Part shown: in pieces, positions 6,703-15,471 of the stretch
Numbering within the stretch: position 1 is the stretch's first letter
How the letters are laid out: each line of letters starts with the position of its first letter
NCBI GenBank assembly: GCA_045047305.1
Contig: JASFYO010000006.1
Span: 1 to 16,246, forward strand
Origin: Planctomycetota bacterium
Lineage (GTDB): Bacteria > Planctomycetota > UBA1135
Length of the DNA: 16,246 nt
Direction of reading: 5' to 3'
The notes under the pieces: model-generated
What the model saw: the letters and a program-made list of their open reading frames with translations, nothing else
Told to the model about the DNA's origin: nothing
Database searches by the model: none
Translations under genes and position numbers: made by a program

Positions 6703-8027
6703 AGGTTCATCTCCTGCGAGGCCTTTGCCTTAGCCATAACCAGGACTAGGACGATGGACATGGAAAGCCCAAGAATTGCGGCGACTAAAAGGTTTACCCA
6801 GAGGATTGGCAAGTAAGGTTGGGTGGCCTCGATTGGATATTCTGGCGTGAGCAAGAAAGTAGGGTTTCTTGACATGTAGATATCAAGCTCCGCCTTGCGG
6901 TCACGGTAGTTGGTCAAGGTTTCGCGTACGGCCTTGATGCGTGCTTCCTTGGCCTCGAGTTCCACTTGAAGTAGACCAAGTTCTAGTCGACGAGTTTTGG
7001 TGGTGGCTAAAGCAGTGGTGTACAGTTCACTTTCGCGCTCGAGTTGGGCTGCGCGCAAATCTAAATCAATTTGCTTAGTGATTAGCTCGGTGCGTACGGC
7101 ATCGGGGCCTAAGGTCGCAGAGCCCCGCACCACTTCTTCGAGAATGGCGATCTCGTCGGTGAGGGTCTCAATCTCTTTATCCTTTGCAATCACCGTTGGG
7201 TGACTAGGCTTGAATTGTTGTAATAGGCCAACCCGTTCCCGTTTTGCAGTCGAAAGGTTCCTTTTGGCATCTTCGAGCAGCGGGTTGGTAACCATCGTGG
7301 ATGAGGTCTCCGAGGTCTCTGGCTGCGCTTCAATCAAGCGCGTAATCGTAAGACGCTGAGCAGCCAAGCCAGCCAGGGTCGTCGTGTTCGAGTTGATTTT
7401 GTTCTGATACTCGATTTGCCGCGTGTTAAGTTCAGCCAGTTCGCTGCTGAAATCGATTGCGCCATGTTGACGCATGAATGCCATGCGGTCAGCTTCGAGC
7501 TCCACTAACTCAGCGGAGCTGTTGGCGATACCAGTGACAAAGGTTTGCAGACGTCCATCCGCGCGCTCTTTGGTTGTGTTATCGATTTTGTCCTTAAATG
7601 CGCGAAGATATTCACTGGCTACTTTCAGCGCGGTTTTCGCGTCTGGGTCATAAGCCGTAATCGTAATGAGGTTGTAGCGGTCGACTTCAAACTCTACATT
7701 TTTCTTCAACCAGTCACTGTCACGCTCAGGAACATTGGTCGCAACTAAAGTTCGTGTATCCGCAGCATTTAGAACGCCCAACAAGGATGCTTGAAAGTCG
7801 GGGTTTGCCGTTGGCAGCAACGGGCTGTTGGGTACGTTTCCGGCTTCCGATGTGAGGGAAACCGTATCGGTTGAGTTCGGAAGATATGTACGCGCCTGTG
7901 ACCGGTATTGCGGCGTGATGGCTCCGGTAACAAAGTACGCGGAAATCACGGCCACAGAAGTGACCAAAGCGATGACATACAGGTGCTCATAAAAGAGCTG
8001 GAAGGGACCTTTGGTATTTGTGTTCAC
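6696..8027 (-). CDS. Polysaccharide co-polymerase / chain-length determinant (Wzc/GumC-like periplasmic part, no kinase domain), 443 aa
   Basis: N-terminal TM followed by TPQYRSQA, long coiled-coil region, FKPSHPTV motif, Pro-rich PIEATQPYLP before a C-terminal TM. Directly downstream of an OPX gene. Confidence 0.85.
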   Translation of the reverse strand: MNTNTKGPFQLFYEHLYVIALVTSVAVISAYFVTGAITPQYRSQARTYLPNSTDTVSLTSEAGNVPNSPLLPTANPDFQASLLGVLNAADTRTLVATNVPERDSDWLKKNVEFEVDRYNLITITAYDPDAKTALKVASEYLRAFKDKIDNTTKERADGRLQTFVTGIANSSAELVELEADRMAFMRQHGAIDFSSELAELNTRQIEYQNKINSNTTTLAGLAAQRLTITRLIEAQPETSETSSTMVTNPLLEDAKRNLSTAKRERVGLLQQFKPSHPTVIAKDKEIETLTDEIAILEEVVRGSATLGPDAVRTELITKQIDLDLRAAQLERESELYTTALATTKTRRLELGLLQVELEAKEARIKAVRETLTNYRDRKAELDIYMSRNPTFLLTPEYPIEATQPYLPILWVNLLVAAILGLSMSIVLVLVMAKAKASQEMNLW

Positions 8028-8042
8028 CGGTAAGTGGGCAGC

Positions 8043-8816
8043 TTAGCCGTTTTCGCCTAGATCGCCTTGAAGTGCTTCTGTAGTACGCGGGCCGTTGAGG
8101 ATGACGCGTTCTGCGAAGGTCAGTGCACGCATGGTGTCAGAAATCACATCCAATTTAGCGGAGTAAATGGACTCCCATGTGCGTAGCACGTATATGACGT
8201 CGCCAGCTTGGACGTATGGGATTTCGGTGCGCATATTCGGATCATCTGGCGTAAACAAGGCATTCATGTCGTAGTGACGAATGGTCATGATGCCATCGAC
8301 GCGGCGCGCAATCAGAACACCAGTGCGGTCGCCTTCTGCGCTAATACCTCCAGAGCTAGCAATCACGTCTAGGACGGTGGTGCGCGGGCTGGTCAATGGA
8401 AGAACTGAAGTACGCTCGACTTCGCCTAGGACCGTAACTTTACGGCTGGGGGAGTACTCAACATCGACGGTGGCAAGTGGATTGACGATGAAAGCACTGT
8501 AGGCTTCCAGAATCCGGTCCTCTAGTTGTTCACGGCTGCTACCAGTTGCCTGCAGGCGACCCACTAAGGGCATTAAAATGCTGCCGTCGGTGCGCACACG
8601 GTAATCTCGTGAAAGGTCAGTGTGGATGTGAAAGTTGACTTTCACCACGTCTTCAGGGCCAACGAAAAATTGCCCATTGGAAATCTCAGCCTCAAAGCTT
8701 AAAGGCAGTAGGCTTGGATTCTCTCCTAGGCTTGGGCCCTCTGTATATGGGGATACAGCGCATGCGAAGGGCATGGCGGCAAGTATCAAAACGGGTAAAT
8801 TGCAGCGGCGAATCAT
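8043..8816 (-). CDS. wza: Polysaccharide export lipoprotein, OPX/Wza family (Poly_export domain plus one SLBB domain), 257 aa
   Basis: Lipoprotein-like signal ending PFAC. PES motif VGPEDVVKV...VRTDGSILMPLVGRLQATG. SLBB-like VTVLGEVER...TVLDVIASSGG...VQAGDVIYV. Confidence 0.9.
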   Translation of the reverse strand: MIRRCNLPVLILAAMPFACAVSPYTEGPSLGENPSLLPLSFEAEISNGQFFVGPEDVVKVNFHIHTDLSRDYRVRTDGSILMPLVGRLQATGSSREQLEDRILEAYSAFIVNPLATVDVEYSPSRKVTVLGEVERTSVLPLTSPRTTVLDVIASSGGISAEGDRTGVLIARRVDGIMTIRHYDMNALFTPDDPNMRTEIPYVQAGDVIYVLRTWESIYSAKLDVISDTMRALTFAERVILNGPRTTEALQGDLGENG

Positions 8817-8852
8817 GGCGTGTCTACGTACTTCTGCTTGAGCGCTGTATCA

Positions 8853-8867
8853 TAGCGTTGCCTAGGC
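8853..8867. promoter_or_regulatory. Putative bidirectional promoter: overlapping -10 hexamers TATCAT (+, 8858-8863) and TATGAT (-, 8864-8859)
   Basis: CGCTGTATCATAGCG is an imperfect palindrome centred in the 90-bp intergenic region, 42 and 43 nt from the two divergent ATGs. Confidence 0.5.
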
Positions 8868-8906
8868 GCGAATGTGTGTCCTTGGGCGCCACCAACAACT
8901 TAGAGC

Positions 8907-10577
8907 ATGACGAAACTCGCAATTATCGGGATTGACGGAGCCACCTACGAAATCATTCGCCCCATGATTGCGGCGGGAGAATTGCCGCATATTGCGCGGA
9001 TCCTGAGGGAGGGAGTTTCGGGTGATTTGGAGTCGGAGAAACCACCGATGACGCCTCCAGCTTGGACCTCGATGTTTACTGGAATCAACCCAGGCAAGCA
9101 CGGTGTGTTCCACTTTATTCGCCGTAATTTAGGCACCTATGGCATGTTGTTGAATGACTCGCGCAATTATCTCGGTAAAGACGTGATGTCGCTGTTAAGT
9201 AGCCGCGGCTGGAGTGTTGGCAGTCTTTCCGTGCCTATGACCTACCCTCCCTTTCCGATGAAGGATGGCTACATGGTCTCAGGGATTCCGATGCCCCTCA
9301 GTGGCGACACCATTGCTTGGCCTCCCGGATCGGTCGCTGAAATGGAGACTATTCTGGGACATCCATATGAGCCAGATGTAGATTACGCCCCTTACGATGG
9401 CGATACCGAGACGGATTCCGACGACCTTGCGCGTTATGCGTTTCTGCGTGATCATTTGTTCCGCATCGAGCGTGACCGCTTGAAGCTGCAGGAGCACTAT
9501 CTAAAAAACAAGACAACAGACTTTTATTTTACCGTGGTCTCGGTGACCGACCGTTGCCAACACTATTTCTGGAAGTTCCAGGATCGCAGTCATGCGGGCT
9601 GGACTGAGGAAGGCGAAAAGCTCTATGGAGAGGTGATTCGCGACTCTTACCGCCTTGCTGATGAGTTCGTCGGCCAAGCCCGCGAGATTCTGGGAGATGA
9701 AGTGCCTGTTGCCTTGGTTTCGGACCATGGATTCGGCTCGCACAATATTGATTTTCACGTCAATCAATGGCTGGAGAAGGAGGGCTTTCAGGTGCGTCGC
9801 AAAACACCCTACTGGAGCGTTGCAAAGCTGCCATTGAAACAGGTACTCACTAAGGTCGGCTTAGGTGGTTTGGGCAAGGCGCTAGGTCCAATAGGCAAGA
9901 TTCCCTTATTCAAGCCCAAGCGACGCACCGTTCCGTCACAGCAGGACATCGTCTGGTCGAAAACGCGTGCTTTTGCCGCTATGCACGGCATCTGCATCAA
10001 TCGGTTAGGTCGTGAGCCAGAAGGAATCGTCGAGGGGGATGCAGGCTTTCAGAAGGTGATGCAGGAGGTTCGGGATGCGCTTGCAAAAATCTCTGGGCCG
10101 GACGGAAAACTTGCGACTGACTTCTCTTTGGATAAGGAGGATATTTACTCCGGTGCGCGCACAGCCGAGGCCCCAGACATTCAATTTCAGATGATGGGGC
10201 TGCGCTGTATCACCAAAGAGGCTTGGGATGGCGACCGTATTTTTAGCGAGCGCAAAAACGCCATGATTTCTGGGCAGCATCGTTTCAATGGAATCTTTGC
10301 CGTACACGCTCCTGGCCTCGAGGTCGGCAAGGTCCTCGAGGGCATGCATATTCAGGACACAGCTCCCACTTTGCTTTATATGGTAGGGGAGGCGGTTCCT
10401 ACTTGGATGGATGGCAATATCCGGGGAGACCTTTACGCGAATCCTGAACAGCCACATTGGGATGACACCCCAGAGCCAGATGCGGGTTCGCAAGCTGGCT
10501 CCACCAATGCTCCACTTGACGACGAACAAAACAAAGCCATTGAAGAATCTCTTCGTGGCCTCGGGTACCTGCAATGA
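8907..10577 (+). CDS. Alkaline-phosphatase-superfamily protein (type I phosphodiesterase/nucleotide pyrophosphatase, COG3379-like), 556 aa
   Basis: IIGIDGA, PPMTPPAWTSMFTGINPGKHG (Thr49 at the nucleophile position), TDRCQHYFW, VSDHGF, SGQHR, IQDTAPTLL, C-terminal LRGLGYL. No signal peptide. Confidence 0.9.
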   Translation: MTKLAIIGIDGATYEIIRPMIAAGELPHIARILREGVSGDLESEKPPMTPPAWTSMFTGINPGKHGVFHFIRRNLGTYGMLLNDSRNYLGKDVMSLLSSRGWSVGSLSVPMTYPPFPMKDGYMVSGIPMPLSGDTIAWPPGSVAEMETILGHPYEPDVDYAPYDGDTETDSDDLARYAFLRDHLFRIERDRLKLQEHYLKNKTTDFYFTVVSVTDRCQHYFWKFQDRSHAGWTEEGEKLYGEVIRDSYRLADEFVGQAREILGDEVPVALVSDHGFGSHNIDFHVNQWLEKEGFQVRRKTPYWSVAKLPLKQVLTKVGLGGLGKALGPIGKIPLFKPKRRTVPSQQDIVWSKTRAFAAMHGICINRLGREPEGIVEGDAGFQKVMQEVRDALAKISGPDGKLATDFSLDKEDIYSGARTAEAPDIQFQMMGLRCITKEAWDGDRIFSERKNAMISGQHRFNGIFAVHAPGLEVGKVLEGMHIQDTAPTLLYMVGEAVPTWMDGNIRGDLYANPEQPHWDDTPEPDAGSQAGSTNAPLDDEQNKAIEESLRGLGYLQ

Positions 10578-12622
10578 TTCAATTTCTCATTTTCATTTTC
10601 CTGCTACTGTTCTCCTGTACACAAAACCAAGAGCGTGACGGTGGCTGGGTAAAAAATCGCGCACCGAATCGGGAGGCCTCGCAGAATCGAGGGCGAACTT
10701 CGGAACCGGTGGTGGCGGAATCGACCTCGGAGGCGAATCGGAGTTCCGCAGAATCGAGTCGGCCTGCTGCGCACCAACCAGGAGTGCGCTCCGCACCGGT
10801 TTTTGTACCGAATCAACCGATGCAGGTGTTTCCGTTGCCGGAGGATCCCTTGCTGGTTTTCGCGAATGCCAATAAAGGCGCTGACTTCCAAATCGATTTT
10901 GATGCACCTGCCCAGCTAATTCCACCGGGATTGATTTATGGAATGAACGATTTACGCAATGCTACTCCAGGTTGCTGGAATGCTTGGGCCGATGCTGTTA
11001 CGCCGACTGGCGGTATGTTGAGGTTGTGGATGATTTATCGCATGGGTCCAATGGAGCAGGGGCATATTGAAACCGCCTTGCGTGCTAAAGAAGCTGGCCT
11101 CGACGTGATGCTGACGGTGGTGGACGATCCTCGCGGATCACAAGTTGCCCTCCACAACAAGGCCGGCGGAAATATGCAGGAAATCCCGAACACGAAGAGC
11201 TGGTCAAGCGAAGTGGTTCGCAACGTGAAGCGTTTGCGCGAAGCGGGAGTCACAGTGAGTCACATCGAAATCTGGAATGAGCCCAATTTGGGGGATCCAT
11301 GGCCTGGTGACATCCAAAGTTTCGCTACTTGGTTCGCAGAGGTTGGATTTCTCATTCGTAAGGACCTTGGCGATAGCATCCAGATTGGAGGCCCTGGCCT
11401 TGCTGGAACGATTGGCGATAAGCTGGAGTGGTGTCAGAAGATTTTCCGTGCGTGTAAAGCCAAAGGCTTCCGGCCGGATTTTTACTCGTGGCATAATTAT
11501 GGCGGCTACCCAAGCGAGCACGACATGTTGATGGTGCCGCAGCTCATCCTCAACGAGGCCGTCGCAGCGGGTATCGAGCCTCCTCAACTCATTTTGTCGG
11601 AGTGGAATATTGGGTTACCTCAACCGAATCTACCGGGCTTAGATGATCAACGTGCCGCTAATTATTACATGGCAACGGTCATCTCTTTGGCGCGAACTCA
11701 AGTGAGCGATGCAAGCTTCTTTTTCTTGCAAGATGCACGCTGGGATACCAAGCGCGAATTTGCCGGTGAGTCGGTCGGGGTATTCACCCTTGCGGGCGCG
11801 CCGAAGGCTCTTTTGAGTGGCATGCGCATGATGGCGACGGCGGCAGATTTCCCGGCTGTACCCGTGGTACGCGGTGGCGCCCCATCGAATATTTCACTTT
11901 TTGCATCCCGTGAAGGGAGCAAGGGTTACGTGCTTGCCGTGAATACATTTGGCGGCGGTATCGAGCGCCATGCAGTGCGCCTCTTAAGGCGTGGTGGCGT
12001 CGATATTTCGTCCTTGAAGAAGGGGGCCAAGCAAATCCAAGCCTACGTTTATGGCAAAGGAAATGAGAAATCATTGCGCCGTTTCAAGCTTGATGCGGCC
12101 ACCATGACGGCCCTCAACGCAGTCCGTGATGAGGTGCAGGTGCAGAATGCAGAGAAGGATAATGGGGAGCGCACCATCCGCATTCGCCTTGATGGGACCC
12201 CAAAATCGATCCATCTGGTGAAGCTGTTGGATAACACTCATGGCAACCCTCGTGAGAATGCCGAGTTTATGAAGGCTTACGCACCCTACGCTAAGGGATT
12301 AACCGGTCCGGCATCGGCTACCGCTTTGGAGCAGTTGCGTTCCGAAGGCGTTTCGGAATCTACTTTGGCTGCGCTCGAGGCAGGTATGAAGCGGGGCAAA
12401 AACTCTATCGCTGGTGTCGACCGAGCGACCATGCGCCGGGCGCAAGAAGCTTATCAGGAAGCGCTCGATCAGCTCGGAGATGAGGTGCCTCAAGTCCTAG
12501 CCGCCATGACTGGCGCTGCGGCGCAAGAGGTGGACCCCTCGTCTTGGTGCAGCCTGAAGAATGATATACTGGAAATCCGTTTACCACTTGAGTCTTCGAT
12601 CCTCGTTGAGCTCGCCTGGTAA
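10574..12622 (+). CDS. GH39-like (clan GH-A) glycoside hydrolase lipoprotein, 682 aa
   Basis: Lipobox LFSC. Acid/base motif EIWNEPNL, IGGPG, YSWHNY, nucleophile motif ILSEWN, and C-terminal LLDNTHGNP resembling GH39 beta-xylosidases. ATGA overlap with the upstream gene. Confidence 0.8.
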   Translation: MIQFLIFIFLLLFSCTQNQERDGGWVKNRAPNREASQNRGRTSEPVVAESTSEANRSSAESSRPAAHQPGVRSAPVFVPNQPMQVFPLPEDPLLVFANANKGADFQIDFDAPAQLIPPGLIYGMNDLRNATPGCWNAWADAVTPTGGMLRLWMIYRMGPMEQGHIETALRAKEAGLDVMLTVVDDPRGSQVALHNKAGGNMQEIPNTKSWSSEVVRNVKRLREAGVTVSHIEIWNEPNLGDPWPGDIQSFATWFAEVGFLIRKDLGDSIQIGGPGLAGTIGDKLEWCQKIFRACKAKGFRPDFYSWHNYGGYPSEHDMLMVPQLILNEAVAAGIEPPQLILSEWNIGLPQPNLPGLDDQRAANYYMATVISLARTQVSDASFFFLQDARWDTKREFAGESVGVFTLAGAPKALLSGMRMMATAADFPAVPVVRGGAPSNISLFASREGSKGYVLAVNTFGGGIERHAVRLLRRGGVDISSLKKGAKQIQAYVYGKGNEKSLRRFKLDAATMTALNAVRDEVQVQNAEKDNGERTIRIRLDGTPKSIHLVKLLDNTHGNPRENAEFMKAYAPYAKGLTGPASATALEQLRSEGVSESTLAALEAGMKRGKNSIAGVDRATMRRAQEAYQEALDQLGDEVPQVLAAMTGAAAQEVDPSSWCSLKNDILEIRLPLESSILVELAW

Positions 12623-12634
12623 GTTTCGCGCCCC

Positions 12635-14140
12635 ATGACCACTGTTGAATCGCCGACCCGGATCCGGGATTTCGGAACCGTTGGATCGGTCGTCATGGCT
12701 GCTGCGTGCCTCATTGCTGGCGCGGCAATTGGGTATTTCGTTTATCAGGACGGTCTCGCTGGTCCACGCAACACCTATACCAACCCGCTGCAGTCCCTTT
12801 TCCCAGGGAATCATTATTTACCCACGATGGCTCTCGGGGCTGTTTTAGTTGCACTCACAGGTGCTTTGGGGGTGCTGCACCGAATTTGGTCATTGGATCG
12901 CATGATTTTATTCACCACTGGCATGCTGCTAGTTGCCGACGTCATCCCCGGCCTTTCGGCGTTGCTAGGTATCATGCTTATTGCCAAGCTGTTCTCTAGT
13001 ATTTTGCGCACTGGAGATGGGTATTGGCCGTTGAGCCCGACTGGAGTTGCGGTCCTGCTGATTTTGATTGCGTATTCGACTACCTTTCTGAACACCGATA
13101 GTCCGGTTTCTTCGCTTTCGAACTTCCTGCCACGCATTCCGTACATCATTCTGGCTTTGTTTTTACCCATTGCGGTAAACACCACCAGCAAGCTAGAAAT
13201 GTTGCTGGACTACTTCATTTTGGCGACGTTGCTATCTTTAGGAGTAGAGTTGGTTCAGGGCGTTGCGTCTGCCGCTACTGGGCAAATCATTACCTTTGCC
13301 TCGGAAGGATTTGCGACCTTTGATGCTCCGTGGGGGCCGACGGCTCGGCTAACCGGTTTGATGACCCACCCGAACCGTTACTCGAACGTGGCATCCACGG
13401 TCGGCATTATTGTTCTTTGGCTTGCGTTACAACCCAAAGAACTTATCACTAGGCAAAAACGTGTTGCCATGTGGCTCATTTTTGCTCTGTTGGTGATTGG
13501 TGTTTTGTTTAGTTGGTCGCGGTCGGGTTGGCTCGCTTTTGGGCTTGTCGGCATGACGGTTCCGTTTTTCCGCTGGCCGCACCTCTCTCCAATTTTCATT
13601 GGAGTTGGAGGGCTTTTGCTTTTCATTGGTATGTCGACAGGCTTTTTGGAAATGGCGTACAACTATGTACGTGACCTCAGTCGGGCTTCTGCAGATTTTC
13701 GTTGGCACATTGACCAGATCGGATTGCAGGCATTCTTTGAACACCCGTCCATCGGTATTGGGGTAGAGGGCACGAAGGACTTCTTCAATGCTTACGAATT
13801 GCAGGTGCACAATGCGCCGATTCAGATTTTGGCTGACCTTGGGATTGTTGGCATGGTGGCATTTGGCACTTTAGTCCTCACTATGTTTAGCACCATCCTG
13901 CGGGTGACCACATCTGCCATCGCGAGCCCGCGTCTCCGTAGCTTGTCAATGGCGCTCGCCATCTCCACCTTGGTGACCTTTATCCAGGGGTTTGTAGAGG
14001 TGTTCCTGTGGCTGAAATTTCTCTGGACTTTCATCGCAGTCCTTGGCTGTATTTACGTGGCGTATCTGCATGAGGTCCGATCCAAGGCTGAAGCAGTTTC
14101 TCTCGCGGCAACAAATCTCGACGCTCTTCCTAGCTCATGA
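12635..14140 (+). CDS. Wzy polymerase / O-antigen ligase family membrane protein, 501 aa
   Basis: Polytopic hydrophobic protein with RLTGLMTHPN, SWSRSGW, FFEHPSIGIG and VHNAPIQILADLGIVG motifs of the Wzy_C family. Confidence 0.88.
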   Translation: MTTVESPTRIRDFGTVGSVVMAAACLIAGAAIGYFVYQDGLAGPRNTYTNPLQSLFPGNHYLPTMALGAVLVALTGALGVLHRIWSLDRMILFTTGMLLVADVIPGLSALLGIMLIAKLFSSILRTGDGYWPLSPTGVAVLLILIAYSTTFLNTDSPVSSLSNFLPRIPYIILALFLPIAVNTTSKLEMLLDYFILATLLSLGVELVQGVASAATGQIITFASEGFATFDAPWGPTARLTGLMTHPNRYSNVASTVGIIVLWLALQPKELITRQKRVAMWLIFALLVIGVLFSWSRSGWLAFGLVGMTVPFFRWPHLSPIFIGVGGLLLFIGMSTGFLEMAYNYVRDLSRASADFRWHIDQIGLQAFFEHPSIGIGVEGTKDFFNAYELQVHNAPIQILADLGIVGMVAFGTLVLTMFSTILRVTTSAIASPRLRSLSMALAISTLVTFIQGFVEVFLWLKFLWTFIAVLGCIYVAYLHEVRSKAEAVSLAATNLDALPSS

Positions 14141-15471
14141 ACCAAGCAACCTCGATTTTTGGCGCGATTTACCGTCGCAAGCACGTTGTGCTTCTCGTTA
14201 TGGCAGGCTCCATTGGAGTGGGGCTCTATGAGAGTTCGGTGAACCCACCTGACTTCGTCGCAACAGCGGAAATTATGATACCCTCGAACGCGTTGCGCTT
14301 TTCGATTGGCACCGAAGAGGGCAACGTCCCCGACGAACCTCTTTTGCCGTTACAGGATGAAGGACGCCTGATTGGGATTACCAGCCTCTTGCGGAGTCGC
14401 GCGGTGGTCTACCGAGTTGCTGAAATGTTGCCGGAGATGGATGCGCAACGATTGAAGACTAATATCCGTGGCGACGTTTCGAAAGATGGTGTTGTGGCTT
14501 ATTATGGTTATGGCCGCACAGCAGAGGAAGCAGCCAGTATCGCAAATGCTTCGGTTCAAGCTTTCGCGATTGTTTTGGAAGAGATGTCAGAAGAGGGCAT
14601 GCTCGCGAACCTGCTGAGCTTTAAGAAGAATGAGATCATTGCCAAGGAGCGCGTTCAAATAACTACCAATGCGATAACCGATTATTTGGTCTCCCTGCAA
14701 ACCGCCGATTTAAGTAACGATATGGAGCGTTGGCTGACGGAGCGCAATGGGCTTGAGGAGAAGCTGTTCGATTTGAATTCGCAATACCAGCAAGCTTTGG
14801 CGCAGCGGCCGATCATTGAGACGACTTTACAGGGTCGCCCAGAGTTCGTGGTTACGCGTCAAGAGTTGGCTCTGCCAGGGAGTTATTCGAATGCATTGCA
14901 GCGTGTTTCCACTTTATCTACTGAGCTGGCAGTCGCTCGTCTGGAGTTCACCGATGCACACCCTGAGGTTTTGCGCATTCAGACCGAGCTAGATATGGCT
15001 CGTGTGCAAGCAGCGCAGAACGCAGAAATGGTTTTGGCATCGTCGACCACGATGCAGGATAAGTTGGTGGCCACCCTTGCCCAAAAGCTGGTGGACATCG
15101 ATATTTTTGAAGCGAGTTTTGCCTCTCAACAAAGTATCTATCAGGCGCGGCGTGTCGAGCTCGATAATTTGCTTGCGGAGGTCCCAGGCTATCGTGCGCG
15201 GCTGAGTGATTTGCAGATGCAATACAATCAAGCACGCTCCATGGCGGATAAGATTACTACGCGAAAGGAAGAGTTGGAGTTTCACCTCGAACATGGGCTA
15301 CAGTTTTCAGTTATCGATCCCTACGCGCAAGCGGATCCTCTACGCGCGAAGCAAATTCCAACCCCGACCGGCATCATGATGTTCACCTCCTTTGCCGGCC
15401 TGTTACTCGGCGTATTCATTGCACTCCTAACAGCAACCCTGGGTCGCATGCGTGCGACTCGCCCTTACTAA
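14137..15471 (+). CDS. Second polysaccharide co-polymerase (Wzc/GumC-like, no kinase domain), 444 aa
   Basis: AIYRRKHVVLLV TM, PPDFVATAEIMI, coiled coil, FTDAHPEV motif, C-terminal TM FAGLLLGVFIALL. ATGA overlap with the Wzy-like gene. Confidence 0.85.
   Translation: MNQATSIFGAIYRRKHVVLLVMAGSIGVGLYESSVNPPDFVATAEIMIPSNALRFSIGTEEGNVPDEPLLPLQDEGRLIGITSLLRSRAVVYRVAEMLPEMDAQRLKTNIRGDVSKDGVVAYYGYGRTAEEAASIANASVQAFAIVLEEMSEEGMLANLLSFKKNEIIAKERVQITTNAITDYLVSLQTADLSNDMERWLTERNGLEEKLFDLNSQYQQALAQRPIIETTLQGRPEFVVTRQELALPGSYSNALQRVSTLSTELAVARLEFTDAHPEVLRIQTELDMARVQAAQNAEMVLASSTTMQDKLVATLAQKLVDIDIFEASFASQQSIYQARRVELDNLLAEVPGYRARLSDLQMQYNQARSMADKITTRKEELEFHLEHGLQFSVIDPYAQADPLRAKQIPTPTGIMMFTSFAGLLLGVFIALLTATLGRMRATRPY

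Noticed and set aside
10005..10574. 189-aa antisense ORF and the many other 60-130 aa ORFs nested in larger genes
   Set aside because: They lie within well-supported genes, have no recognisable motifs, and are expected shadow ORFs at this GC content.
8907..10577. Annotation as a formylglycine-dependent sulfatase
   Set aside because: No C/S-x-P-x-R motif. The nucleophile region is PMTPPAW, typical of the phosphodiesterase-like branch.
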